DNA from: an uncultured Acidimicrobiaceae bacterium
Lineage (GTDB): Bacteria > Actinomycetota > Acidimicrobiia > Acidimicrobiales > CAIXPF01
Direction of reading: 5' to 3'
NCBI GenBank assembly: GCA_963775055.1
Contig: CAVZHK010000005.1
Span: forward strand, 511,305-575,304
DNA length: 64,000 bases
Part shown: piece by piece, positions 29,016 to 37,945 of the stretch
How the letters are laid out: each line of letters opens with the position of its first letter
How positions within the stretch are numbered: the first letter of the stretch is position 1
Position numbers and translations under genes: made by a program
The notes under the pieces: generated by a model
Told to the model about the DNA's origin: nothing
Database searches by the model: none
What the model saw: only the letters and a program-made list of their open reading frames with translations

Positions 29016-29750
29016 TTAGCCGGCGGAGTTGCCCGTCTCGCGTGAACCCAACAACAACGCCAATTCGGCCAATCCTTCGGGGCTGCCGATCTCGTAGAAC
29101 CGTCGAAAAACCTCGAAACCGGCCAGCCGGCCCTGCAGGCTGAGACGATGTTGCACGGTGGAGAGGTCGTGAGGTTCGGGCCCCGGGGGCACCTCGGCCA
29201 GTAGGACATCACGCCGCAGCGCCGACAGCCCGTAGTCGATGTGATGCAGGCCCGCGGCCGCGGGATCATCGATTTGCTTGTCATAGAGCTCGACGACCCC
29301 ATCGGCGAAGCGCACGTTGGAGCGGTCATAGGCTCCCTCATTGCGAAACACCGACAACAGCATCGGTCGGGCCGAGGCCACGAACGCCGCCCACAGCTCG
29401 GCGATGGACACATCAAGATAGGAATCGCCGTACAGCACCAGGAAGTCCTCGGCCAGCAGTCCGGCGCGGCCGGCGTCAGCCAACGCGCCGGCGGTGCCCC
29501 GCAACGTCGGGCCCTCATCGGCGTAGCGCACGGTGAGGCCCCAAGCCCGACCGTCTCCCACGTAGTCACGTAGCTGCTCGCCCAAATGGGCAATGCAGTA
29601 CACCACTTCGGAGACACCCTGGTCCGCGAGCCACTGCAGCTGCCACCAGGCAAAGGGGTGGCCCGCTACCGGCAGCAAGGCCTTGGGAATGGTCTCGGTG
29701 CGCGGCCGCATGCGGGTGGCCAGGCCCCCGGCGAGAATGGCGCATTGCAT
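29016..29750 (-). CDS. hddC: Sugar-1-phosphate nucleotidylyltransferase, D-glycero-alpha-D-manno-heptose 1-phosphate guanylyltransferase-like
   Basis: From Met 71 of the track ORF: MQCAILAGGLATRMRPRTETIPKALLPVAG (nucleotidyltransferase signature). It lies directly downstream of hddA. Confidence 0.8.
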   Translation of the reverse strand: MQCAILAGGLATRMRPRTETIPKALLPVAGHPFAWWQLQWLADQGVSEVVYCIAHLGEQLRDYVGDGRAWGLTVRYADEGPTLRGTAGALADAGRAGLLAEDFLVLYGDSYLDVSIAELWAAFVASARPMLLSVFRNEGAYDRSNVRFADGVVELYDKQIDDPAAAGLHHIDYGLSALRRDVLLAEVPPGPEPHDLSTVQHRLSLQGRLAGFEVFRRFYEIGSPEGLAELALLLGSRETGNSAG

Positions 29751-29773
29751 CCGTGGCGTGTGGGCGGACCCGG

Positions 29774-30754
29774 TCAGTCGCGCACGATGACGGTCGAGCC
29801 ATCGTGATCGAAGAAGAATCGAACTTCTTTGAGCCCCTCGGCACCCAACGCGGCGCGCAACCGTTGGGGCTCCTCGGCGTAGAACAACAGAAATCCACCA
29901 GCACCGGCACCGACCAACTTGCCACCCCGTGCGCCTTCCCGACGAGCCAGCTCGTACCACCGGTCGATGTCAGGGTTGGACATGCCCTCCGAACGCCGAC
30001 GCTTGTACTCCCAGTGCTCGTGCATCAACTCGGCGAACTCTGTGGTCCGTCCCGCTTCGAGCGCGTCCTTGATGCGTCGGCCCAGTTCATGGGTGAAATC
30101 CAGCGCGGCCCGCATGGAGGAATCCTTGGCGGTGGAGCGTTCCTTCTGGTCCTGCAGGATTGAAGCCGCCGAGCGGGCGTAACCGGTGAAGAACAGGAGC
30201 AGGTGCTCCTCCAGATCATGCAAGGTGGTGTTGGCGATGGCCAATGGGCTGGCGGTCACCCGATCATCAGGATGGAACTCGAAACAGGTGAGACCGCCGA
30301 ACGCCGCGATGTACTGATCCTGCTTGCCCACCGGTTGAGCCAGCACGTCAATCTCGATGCGGCAGGCCTCCTCAGCCAAGGCGCCGGCCGTGATGTGCTC
30401 GCGCTTGTACGCGTACAGCGCCCGCAACAGGCCCACGGTGAACGTCCCCGACGATCCGAGCCCCGTACCGGATGGGATGTCGGCCATGGAGACAATCTCT
30501 ACACCTGGCTCGATCCCCACGCTGCGAAGGGCCTCGCGGATCAACGGATGTTGCACGTCGTCGATCCGCTCGGCCCGCTCCAACGCGGAGTACTTCAAGA
30601 AGTAATCCGGCACGAATGTGGGATTGATTCCGATGTACACGTACTTGTTGATGGCGGCGGACACGATGGTGGCCCCGCCCTCACGGTAGTAGGACGGCAG
30701 GTCGGTGCCGCCCCCACCGATCGATATGCGCAGGGGGGTGCGGGTGATGAGCAT
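29774..30754 (-). CDS. hddA: GHMP kinase, D-glycero-alpha-D-manno-heptose 7-phosphate kinase-like
   Basis: MLITRTPLRISIGGGGTDLPSYY, PSGTGLGSSGTFTVGLL (GHMP motif II), GGKLVGAGAGGFLLF (motif III). Confidence 0.85.
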   Translation of the reverse strand: MLITRTPLRISIGGGGTDLPSYYREGGATIVSAAINKYVYIGINPTFVPDYFLKYSALERAERIDDVQHPLIREALRSVGIEPGVEIVSMADIPSGTGLGSSGTFTVGLLRALYAYKREHITAGALAEEACRIEIDVLAQPVGKQDQYIAAFGGLTCFEFHPDDRVTASPLAIANTTLHDLEEHLLLFFTGYARSAASILQDQKERSTAKDSSMRAALDFTHELGRRIKDALEAGRTTEFAELMHEHWEYKRRRSEGMSNPDIDRWYELARREGARGGKLVGAGAGGFLLFYAEEPQRLRAALGAEGLKEVRFFFDHDGSTVIVRD

Positions 30755-30766
30755 GCGATTGACCTC

Positions 30767-31912
30767 TCAGCTCTGACGCACGACGGTGGTGGTGCGCTGG
30801 CCAAGGAGCGCGTCGTACAGTTTCATGTGCTCCGCGGCCATTCGCTCCAGCGGAAACCGCTCGAGAACCCGTTGACGCGCCGCGTTGGCAAGCCCAGCGG
30901 TCCGCTCCCGATCAGCGGCCAGGGCCGCGAGGGCATCCACGTAAGCATCCACGTCGGTTCGATCCTCGATGAGGTAGCCGACCTCGGCGTCCACCAGCTC
31001 GCGGTTGGCGTTGACATCAGGCACCACGCACACCACCCCCATGGCCATGGCCTCGAACATCACGTAGGGAATGCCCTCGAACAAACTGGTCATCAGGAGC
31101 ACGTCGCTGCGTTGGTAGTACCCGGCCATCTCGAAGGAGACCCCGTGAAAGTGCACCACGTGAGCCAGTCCCGCTTCCGCAACCCTGCACTCGGTCCTTC
31201 GGCGCAAATTGCCGTCACCGACCACGTCGATGACCAGCGGAACCCCGCGCCGAGCCGCAGCTGCGACCACCGCAACCATGAGGTCAGGGTCCTTCTGTTC
31301 CTCCAGCCGACCAGCGAACAGAACCCGCAAGGCAACAGCAGCAGAGCGCGGCACCCGGGCACCGGCTGGCGCCCACTCCGTGCGTGCATCGATGCCGGTA
31401 TAGATCACCTGGACCAAAGCCGGATCCGCCCCGTGCGAACAGATACGACGCTTCAGATCCTCGCTGGTGGCCGAATAGGCGTCGATCAACGAGCTATAAC
31501 GGGAAGCCACATAGCGCACGTACCCGGACTCGTCGGCTTCCTCGGCGTGTTGTTGTACCACAATGACCAATTCCGGGTGGGCGGCTCGCAGCGCCGGGAT
31601 GAGGTCGAAGCCCAAGTGGCAGTTCATCATATGCACCACACGGATTCGATGCTGCTGGACGTAGTCGAGCACGAAGCCGCCGAAATCCGACTGCTGGAGC
31701 AGATCGGGCAGGTTCCACACCCCCTCCGCCAGTGGTTCGATGTCGCACACGAAATGGTTGATCGGCGTCGCTGCGGTGGTGATGAGGTGCAGCGCGAACC
31801 GCTCGCGGTCCAACGTGCGGAACCAATCCACCGTGCCTTTGTCGGCTCCGCCGGGCACCGCCCATGGGGCCAGGTAGAGCACAGGAATTCGGTCATCCCC
31901 TGGCCCGATCAT
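30767..31912 (-). CDS. GT4-family glycosyltransferase
   Basis: C-terminal LLMTSLFEGIPYVMFEAMAMGVVCVVPDVNANRELV (E-x7-E region). ATGA overlap with the upstream gene. Confidence 0.85.
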   Translation of the reverse strand: MIGPGDDRIPVLYLAPWAVPGGADKGTVDWFRTLDRERFALHLITTAATPINHFVCDIEPLAEGVWNLPDLLQQSDFGGFVLDYVQQHRIRVVHMMNCHLGFDLIPALRAAHPELVIVVQQHAEEADESGYVRYVASRYSSLIDAYSATSEDLKRRICSHGADPALVQVIYTGIDARTEWAPAGARVPRSAAVALRVLFAGRLEEQKDPDLMVAVVAAAARRGVPLVIDVVGDGNLRRRTECRVAEAGLAHVVHFHGVSFEMAGYYQRSDVLLMTSLFEGIPYVMFEAMAMGVVCVVPDVNANRELVDAEVGYLIEDRTDVDAYVDALAALAADRERTAGLANAARQRVLERFPLERMAAEHMKLYDALLGQRTTTVVRQS

Positions 31913-34443
31913 GATCGCAGGCGGCCGGCCGCAGCCCGCCGGAGCTGAAGTTCGAGCAGATGCCGGCCCTCACGCAGAGTGCGCCGGATTCCGCCCCCCG
32001 GGGGTGTCGGCCACCCGCGGGTGTCCCCGTCGACGAAACCCGCCACATCCTCCGTGGCCAACCCTCGCGCCGCTGCCACCCGGAGATCCGCCTCAACGCC
32101 GGCGTCCACCCGCTGGGCTCCGACCACTCGAAAGACCGGATGGTCCCCAGGTCGCTGGTGAACCCTCATGGACGCAGGATCGGACGAGGTCGGCGGGTCA
32201 GGCAGCACCACGGCCTCTACGAAGCCGAACAGCCGCTGGGCGACCCCTGCCGCTTCGGCTGCGCACAAATGAAGATCATACCGTGCAGTACGACGATCAT
32301 AGGAGCGGTAGAGGGCCAGCGTTTCCTGGTTGGGAATGGCCAGCAGGGTAGCGACGGGGCCCACCACCTCGAAACCCAATTGACGATCCGGTGAGGGGTC
32401 GGTCGAGTACAGCCAGGCTCGACGCCGGGGGTGAAACAGTTCCACCAGGTCCACCCCCTCGCTACCGGCCTGCAGGGCCCACCCCACGACGCCGACCAGA
32501 CGCGCCATGGGATCGGATCGGCCCCTTCGAAACAACGGCAGGGCGCCCGTGGTGCAGCGGATCTGACCTCTGGAGCGCCACCGGTACAGCAGCACCCATC
32601 CGGGCCGGGAACCCGGACCCCACCAGGTGCGGTCTTGCAGCGCAGTCGGCGCCGCAACGTCCCCCAGCATGGGTCGGGCTCGGCCCCATCCGATGATCCG
32701 CCCACTGCTGGCGCCTCGTACCGCCACCGTGTTGAGTCCGGCCTGATCCACCACCGCCGGGCCGGTCTCGCAGGACCACCCGGCTGACGCTGCCATCCCC
32801 AAGAGGTCGGGGTGCGTGCTGGTGACGGAACCGCCCCCTTCCCGTGCCCTCCCAATTCTTTCAACGGCCAGAAATGTCGGGAACGAACGTGGCAGCGGCG
32901 CCACCTCGCACCGCGCCCGATACAGAAAGCGGCCGATCAGCGAATCGGGCACGTTGGGGCGCCAGGGCTGGAAACCGTGGCGCTGGCGCAGGGCATCAAC
33001 CCCGTTAACCCACCGGACGTAGAGCGACTCGTGTTCGGCCAGCGCCACCTCGCTGAGAAATCCCAGCAGATCGCCTGTGCCCGATGGCCCTTCGGAGTAC
33101 TCGAAGCCCAAGACCCCGCCGGTCGTGCGGAACAGCGGCACCGTCCCGGGATAGGGGCACGTGTCAATCGAGCCGAGCGCCACCCGCAGCGGAAAGCGGG
33201 CCCCGTCAAGGGGGGCAGTGGGCGTGGCCAACGCCACCAGCCGAGCCACCGGGTCCGCCACCAGTTCGATGACCTGACTGTCCCGCGGAGCCCAAGCCCC
33301 GAGGCGGGTGCCGCCGGCTGACGCTGCGGGGGCGAGCTCGGCCCATTGCCGGTGGACCGAGTGTGCCTCCGGCAAGGTCACGAACCGGCCCAACGGGTTC
33401 GCTCGTCCGTCGGTCCCGCTCACCTGCCCTCTGATGCTATGGACCACCAGGCCCAGTGGTCCGTACTCTGACGCCCCGGCAAGAAGCGCCAACAGGCCGT
33501 GTTCCCCCGGTTGAGAGGCCGCTTCGAGGATGGCTTCGCGGGGGGCGATCACCGCCAAGAGGTCAACGCGCTGGCCAGGCTGCACCGCCATCATCCGCCA
33601 GTGCGGTTGACGTTCCGGGGAATTGACCAGAGCGATGACCCCGGCACCGTCGCCGATGCGCAACGCCGCTTTGGCCTCCACGCCTGTGGCCAAGACCTGG
33701 GCGGCACTTTCCTGGCCCAGGCAAGCCACCCAGGGTGCGTCCGGAACTCCCGTTCGGGGGAAGGCCTGGTGCCGCCAGTCGACGTTGATGCACACGCCCA
33801 CGGCCACCGGTTCGCAGCGCACCTCGCGGGCGGGGCCGTCCGACAGGGATTCTCGCTCTGCTGCGCGGGTGATCGACCCCATCGTGGCACTGAGTTCACC
33901 GAGCGGCCGAAGAAGATGGAGGGGGACATCGAGCACCCGCAAGGAGAACCCCTCCTTACCCGCGACGTCATGGAGCCGGCGACACAACTGCCCGAGATCA
34001 TTCACGTCCTTGGTGACGAGGGCGTCCAGCCGGGAACGCCAGATGGCGCGAAACACCGTGGGAAATTGGTGTGTGCCGCCGTCCGACGCGGTATGGAAAG
34101 ACCCGCCGAGCGACGCCGTAGCAGGGCCCAACGTCATCGAGCCGCTTCGGGGACCGGCCCGCAGCAGCAGGCAATGATCAGCGACGCGGTCAAGGGCACC
34201 TTCGAGTTGCTGCAGGAACTGCTCGGCCGGGGCGTCGCCCTCCTCCAGTGCCATCACCCAGGGCGGACCCGAACCCGGTTGCTGACCGAGGACACGCCAC
34301 CCGGCGGCGGCTCGGGATTGTCGGGCCAGCGCCGCTACCAGTCGATGGCGCAGCACCGCTCCCGACCCGGGCACGATGACCACCTCCAGGCCGCTGACCC
34401 TCGGGGCAACGCCGTTCCCACGTACCGGAGACACGCTGGTCAT
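31909..34443 (-). CDS. 844-aa soluble protein of unknown function; C-terminal half has repeats resembling LYR..YT(T)D..GF units
   Basis: From Met 27 of track ORF 31909-34521, forming ATGA overlaps at both ends (34440-34443 and 31909-31912). No signal peptide, TM segment or catalytic motif recognised. Confidence 0.7.
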   Translation of the reverse strand: MTSVSPVRGNGVAPRVSGLEVVIVPGSGAVLRHRLVAALARQSRAAAGWRVLGQQPGSGPPWVMALEEGDAPAEQFLQQLEGALDRVADHCLLLRAGPRSGSMTLGPATASLGGSFHTASDGGTHQFPTVFRAIWRSRLDALVTKDVNDLGQLCRRLHDVAGKEGFSLRVLDVPLHLLRPLGELSATMGSITRAAERESLSDGPAREVRCEPVAVGVCINVDWRHQAFPRTGVPDAPWVACLGQESAAQVLATGVEAKAALRIGDGAGVIALVNSPERQPHWRMMAVQPGQRVDLLAVIAPREAILEAASQPGEHGLLALLAGASEYGPLGLVVHSIRGQVSGTDGRANPLGRFVTLPEAHSVHRQWAELAPAASAGGTRLGAWAPRDSQVIELVADPVARLVALATPTAPLDGARFPLRVALGSIDTCPYPGTVPLFRTTGGVLGFEYSEGPSGTGDLLGFLSEVALAEHESLYVRWVNGVDALRQRHGFQPWRPNVPDSLIGRFLYRARCEVAPLPRSFPTFLAVERIGRAREGGGSVTSTHPDLLGMAASAGWSCETGPAVVDQAGLNTVAVRGASSGRIIGWGRARPMLGDVAAPTALQDRTWWGPGSRPGWVLLYRWRSRGQIRCTTGALPLFRRGRSDPMARLVGVVGWALQAGSEGVDLVELFHPRRRAWLYSTDPSPDRQLGFEVVGPVATLLAIPNQETLALYRSYDRRTARYDLHLCAAEAAGVAQRLFGFVEAVVLPDPPTSSDPASMRVHQRPGDHPVFRVVGAQRVDAGVEADLRVAAARGLATEDVAGFVDGDTRGWPTPPGGGIRRTLREGRHLLELQLRRAAAGRLRS

Positions 34444-36005
34444 GAACGGCTCCGATGGAGGCGGCTCCACAGCATCCGCCGGGACGTTTCCGCCTTCATC
34501 AACAACCGAGCAGCCTGCCACGAGGTCGACCTCAGCACCAGATGGTGGTTCGCTTCAACCTGACGTAACCGCTGCACCTCGTGTTCGGCGCTGAGCAACT
34601 CCCGGTGCAGTTGTTGCATGCGCTCCTCCAAATCGCCCGCCACACGATGCTGGCGGACCAACTCCGCGTGCAGCCCGCATAGGAGGAAGGGCCACTCACG
34701 GATGGCCTCGGGCAGCACCTCGGCGTGGGCCTGCAGCACGAGATCGTGGCTGGCGCCAACGGGAAAGGTGCGCAACATCGAATCTGAGGACACCCGATAA
34801 CGCAACAACGGCTGTGGCACCGTCTCGACGTGATGGCCGGAAAGCAGCAGGCGGCTCAGCAGTTGCCAATCCTCGTAGGCCAGGGTGCGGTGCTGGTGGA
34901 ACCCGCCCAGATCAAGAACCGGTCCCCGCCGGAACATGGCCGCGGCCCCGCCGATGAAGTTGTCCAGCGCGCTCAGCGATCCGGCCTCTGCAGCAAAGAG
35001 CCACTGCGAAGACTCTTCCAATGCGGCCAGACACCCCAGCGCGTCGGGGAAGACCTTGAACCCGACGGCCACGGCCACGGCACCGGTGGCCTCCATGGCG
35101 GCGGCCATGCGCCGGAGATAATCGGGCTCGGCCTCGTCGTCATCGTCGAGGAAGGCCACCACATCGTGAACGGCGGCCCGCAGGCCGTGGTTGCGGGCCG
35201 CGCCCAACCCCTGGTTTTCCTGACGGAGTACCCGGATCGGCACCTCGATCTGCAAATCCTCGATCGCCCTAAGGTTTTCCACCGATGCGGCATCCGTGCT
35301 GCCATCGTCCACCACGATGATCTCCTCGGGCAGCCGACTCTGGGCCAGCAAGCTGTCGAGGGCCCGACGCACCAGAGCGGGTCGTTCATAGTGCGTGATG
35401 ATCGCGGTGATCGCCTCAACCGACGGGCCCGGGGCCGGAAGCGGCGGTGGCGGGGCGCTCAAGGCTGCATGGCCCCGATGACCGATGTCCACGGTTGCCG
35501 CACATTGCTCGAGTACCGCTCGCTCGAGTTGGTCACCGACCGCCTCCTCCAACGAGCCCACCCGACGCCCCTCGTTCTCGCGCTGGTCTGCGGCCGGCGG
35601 ACCCACCACCACCAAGGCGGTGTCGAGGAACGCTGCACCCTGACGGCGTTGGGCCGCAACAGCCCACAAGAGTCCACCGTGGCGGGGAGCGACCACCGTG
35701 CAACCGGCGATGTCGGCGAAACGCCCCAGCAACCGCGCCACAGTGCTGCCCGGAGCCAACACGCCCGGCCCCACCGGTACCGCCGGGGAACCCGACGTCG
35801 CCCAGGTATCCCCTGAGTCCGAGTCCGAGGATTGGCCGTCGATGCCGAAGGTGCCCAGACGAATCTCGTGCAACGGTCTCCCGCTGGCGACCACCTCTGC
35901 CGCCAGAGCACGAATCTGCTCACGGTACGCTTCGCAGGCTGGGTGGCGCCCACCAGGTACGACGATGGCCACTGGCCCCCGCCGGGGATCAGCGGTCATA
36001 CCCAA
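34440..36005 (-). CDS. GT2 glycosyltransferase with ~200-aa N-terminal extension and C-terminal coiled-coil tail
   Basis: ITAIITHYERPALVRRALDSLLAQ..IIVVDDGSTD..AFLDDDDEAEPDY (GT2). Tail: LHAELVRQHRVAGDLEERMQQLHRELLSAEHEVQRLRQVE..STSWQAARLL. Confidence 0.8.
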   Translation of the reverse strand: MGMTADPRRGPVAIVVPGGRHPACEAYREQIRALAAEVVASGRPLHEIRLGTFGIDGQSSDSDSGDTWATSGSPAVPVGPGVLAPGSTVARLLGRFADIAGCTVVAPRHGGLLWAVAAQRRQGAAFLDTALVVVGPPAADQRENEGRRVGSLEEAVGDQLERAVLEQCAATVDIGHRGHAALSAPPPPLPAPGPSVEAITAIITHYERPALVRRALDSLLAQSRLPEEIIVVDDGSTDAASVENLRAIEDLQIEVPIRVLRQENQGLGAARNHGLRAAVHDVVAFLDDDDEAEPDYLRRMAAAMEATGAVAVAVGFKVFPDALGCLAALEESSQWLFAAEAGSLSALDNFIGGAAAMFRRGPVLDLGGFHQHRTLAYEDWQLLSRLLLSGHHVETVPQPLLRYRVSSDSMLRTFPVGASHDLVLQAHAEVLPEAIREWPFLLCGLHAELVRQHRVAGDLEERMQQLHRELLSAEHEVQRLRQVEANHHLVLRSTSWQAARLLMKAETSRRMLWSRLHRSRS

Positions 36006-36029
36006 ATCGCGCCATAGCGAAGAGACAGG

Positions 36030-37604
36030 TTAGCACGGTTCTTCCGACGCCAAGACGCTCTGACGCGTTGACCGGTTGCGGTGCGCGCCGACCAGGGCCC
36101 AACGGATCACATCGAGCGCACCGACAAGTGCTATCGGCAGCGACAACACCACTGCCGGATAGGTAAGCCGGTAGCCGATGCCCATGGCCCCGAGGAAGAT
36201 CGTGGCCTGGTACGCGAGCGAGGCCAGACACAGCCACCCCAGCATCTGCCGATCGCGTCGCCCGTGACCAAGGTACGCCAGGCCCATCGCGGTCACCAGA
36301 AGATAGATCCAGATCTCATAGAGCGGCCCGCCGGTCAGCTGAGGATTGGAAGCCGAGGCCCGTAGATAGCGCTGCAATTGTTCATCCAATGAAGGGTTAG
36401 CGATGGTGTAGCCCCATTCGTTCGGGTCCACGCCAGGGTGATAGATCCACTCCGTGTTGGCCCGCCATGCGATCTGCTGGGTCCACAGCTGGTACCGGAT
36501 GGCCAGGTACCCGCGAGGATGGTCCCGAATGGCCGAAAGCCAGTCCTGACGCAGGACAGGTACCGCGCTGGGCGGCAAGGGAAAGACGATGAGGGGCTCT
36601 GGCGGGAAGAGCAAGGGGTTCACGCCATCCGTTGACCAGCGCTGCTCTAGCCTGGCGAGATCCTGCGCGGGGTAGACCTCAGGGCTGAAAAGCACGCTTC
36701 GTTCCCGCAAAGACAGTGCTGCCACATCATAGATGTACGTCGCCTGTTCGGGATGGGTCCCCCTAACCTGGAAAAGTCGCTTGACCCCCCATTGCGTGCC
36801 CAGAAGTGCCAGCATCGCGACCAGCGCGACCAGCGCTCGTACCACGCGGCCCCGTAAGGGGACGGCGCCGACGGATCGGTCAAAGCGTCCTAACCACGAC
36901 CAGGGCCCGCCGGAGGAAACCGCGGCCCACAACAGCACGCCCGCGGCCGGGACCGCGTTCTGGCGCGATGCCACCAGGAGCCACACGCCGGCCACCACGG
37001 CGACCGCCCACGTGATCCGAGATGTGCGACCCGATACGCGGGTGAGCCGCAACAGCGCCGCCCCCGCAGCCAGGAAAAAGGCGGTGTACCACAGGTCCCG
37101 GCCCAGATAGCCAAGGTGGCCCAGTACTGGAGGGTATGCCAGTACCAGCACCGTGGCCACCACGGCTGCGGCCCGCGGCAACGCGCACCGAACCAGCGAG
37201 TAAAGGCCGAACAGAAAGACGATCGTGCTGGCCCAGGTCACCCAGCCCGGTCCTACCCCGAGAAGCCAAAACGGACGCCACAGCACCAGCAGCAAGCCTG
37301 CATGCCAGTCCGTGTAGCTCCCATCACGAAGCGCGGCAATCTGAATCAACGTGTCGTTGCTCATGCGCCCCGGCCAGACCACGAGGCTATGCAGGCTGCC
37401 CAAGACCAAGAGGACAGCCGCGCTGCTGACCTGCGGAATCGAAGGCGTGAGCCGGCGGGCACGAAAGCGCCCGGTTGGACCACCCGAATTGGCCCCGATG
37501 GCGGTCCCCGTTGGTTCGGGGTTGATGGCGGCACCGGCAACCTGTCCTGGCACCCCGTGCTGCGGGGCCACCGGACGCGGGGTCAGCACGGTCTGATCAT
37601 CCAT
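36030..37604 (-). CDS. Polytopic membrane protein, putative GT-C-type glycosyltransferase (paralog of 10425-11951)
   Basis: VVWPGRMSNDTLIQIAALRDGSYTDWH..GVGPGWVT..PPVLGHLGYLGRDLWYTAFF is collinear with the 10425-11951 product. Confidence 0.75.
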   Translation of the reverse strand: MDDQTVLTPRPVAPQHGVPGQVAGAAINPEPTGTAIGANSGGPTGRFRARRLTPSIPQVSSAAVLLVLGSLHSLVVWPGRMSNDTLIQIAALRDGSYTDWHAGLLLVLWRPFWLLGVGPGWVTWASTIVFLFGLYSLVRCALPRAAAVVATVLVLAYPPVLGHLGYLGRDLWYTAFFLAAGAALLRLTRVSGRTSRITWAVAVVAGVWLLVASRQNAVPAAGVLLWAAVSSGGPWSWLGRFDRSVGAVPLRGRVVRALVALVAMLALLGTQWGVKRLFQVRGTHPEQATYIYDVAALSLRERSVLFSPEVYPAQDLARLEQRWSTDGVNPLLFPPEPLIVFPLPPSAVPVLRQDWLSAIRDHPRGYLAIRYQLWTQQIAWRANTEWIYHPGVDPNEWGYTIANPSLDEQLQRYLRASASNPQLTGGPLYEIWIYLLVTAMGLAYLGHGRRDRQMLGWLCLASLAYQATIFLGAMGIGYRLTYPAVVLSLPIALVGALDVIRWALVGAHRNRSTRQSVLASEEPC

Positions 37605-37945
37605 GAACCCACCGAACCGATCTCATTTCCCACCGGGCCCCCGTAGGCGGCGCCGCCAGTGCCGCTGTTCCATCGCGCGCCAACTTGAGGTCCTTCAACT
37701 TCGTTCTGTTGCTCGAGAGCTCCGTGCCGCGAAACCCCGGAGCGCCTTCGCCATCCGAGGTTACCCTCCCAACACACGGTTCGAGGTGATAACCCCACAC
37801 CGTTACTCCCGTGCAGACCGCCCTGGCGCTACGCTCGGCCGAGCCGATCCCGCGGTCCTACCTCGGGGGGGCGGACCACCGATGCGACCGATGACCAACC
37901 GCCGCTAGCACAACATGGCACCTGCCAAGCAGAAAGGAAAGCGAA

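Noticed and set aside
30203-31948. Long ORFs on the strand opposite clearly assigned genes: 581 aa here, also 92-736 (+), 3930-5165 (+), 15509-16213 (+), 43605-44666 (+), 50623-52350 (+), 53736-55484 (-), 56610-57680 (+) and 60342-61493 (+)
   Set aside because: Their products are Arg/Gly/Pro/His-rich low-complexity strings with no family motifs. Each is fully overlapped by an ORF with strong family signatures on the other strand. These are typical shadow ORFs of high-GC DNA.
37605-37945. 340-bp non-coding gap as a possible ncRNA gene (tRNA, SRP, 6S or riboswitch)
   Set aside because: I found no tRNA T-loop (GGTTCGAATCC-like) or other recognisable RNA signature, only a weak 5-bp hairpin. It is most simply the divergent promoter and 5' UTR region of the paralog and the low-GC methyltransferase gene. 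A cmsearch would be needed to say more.
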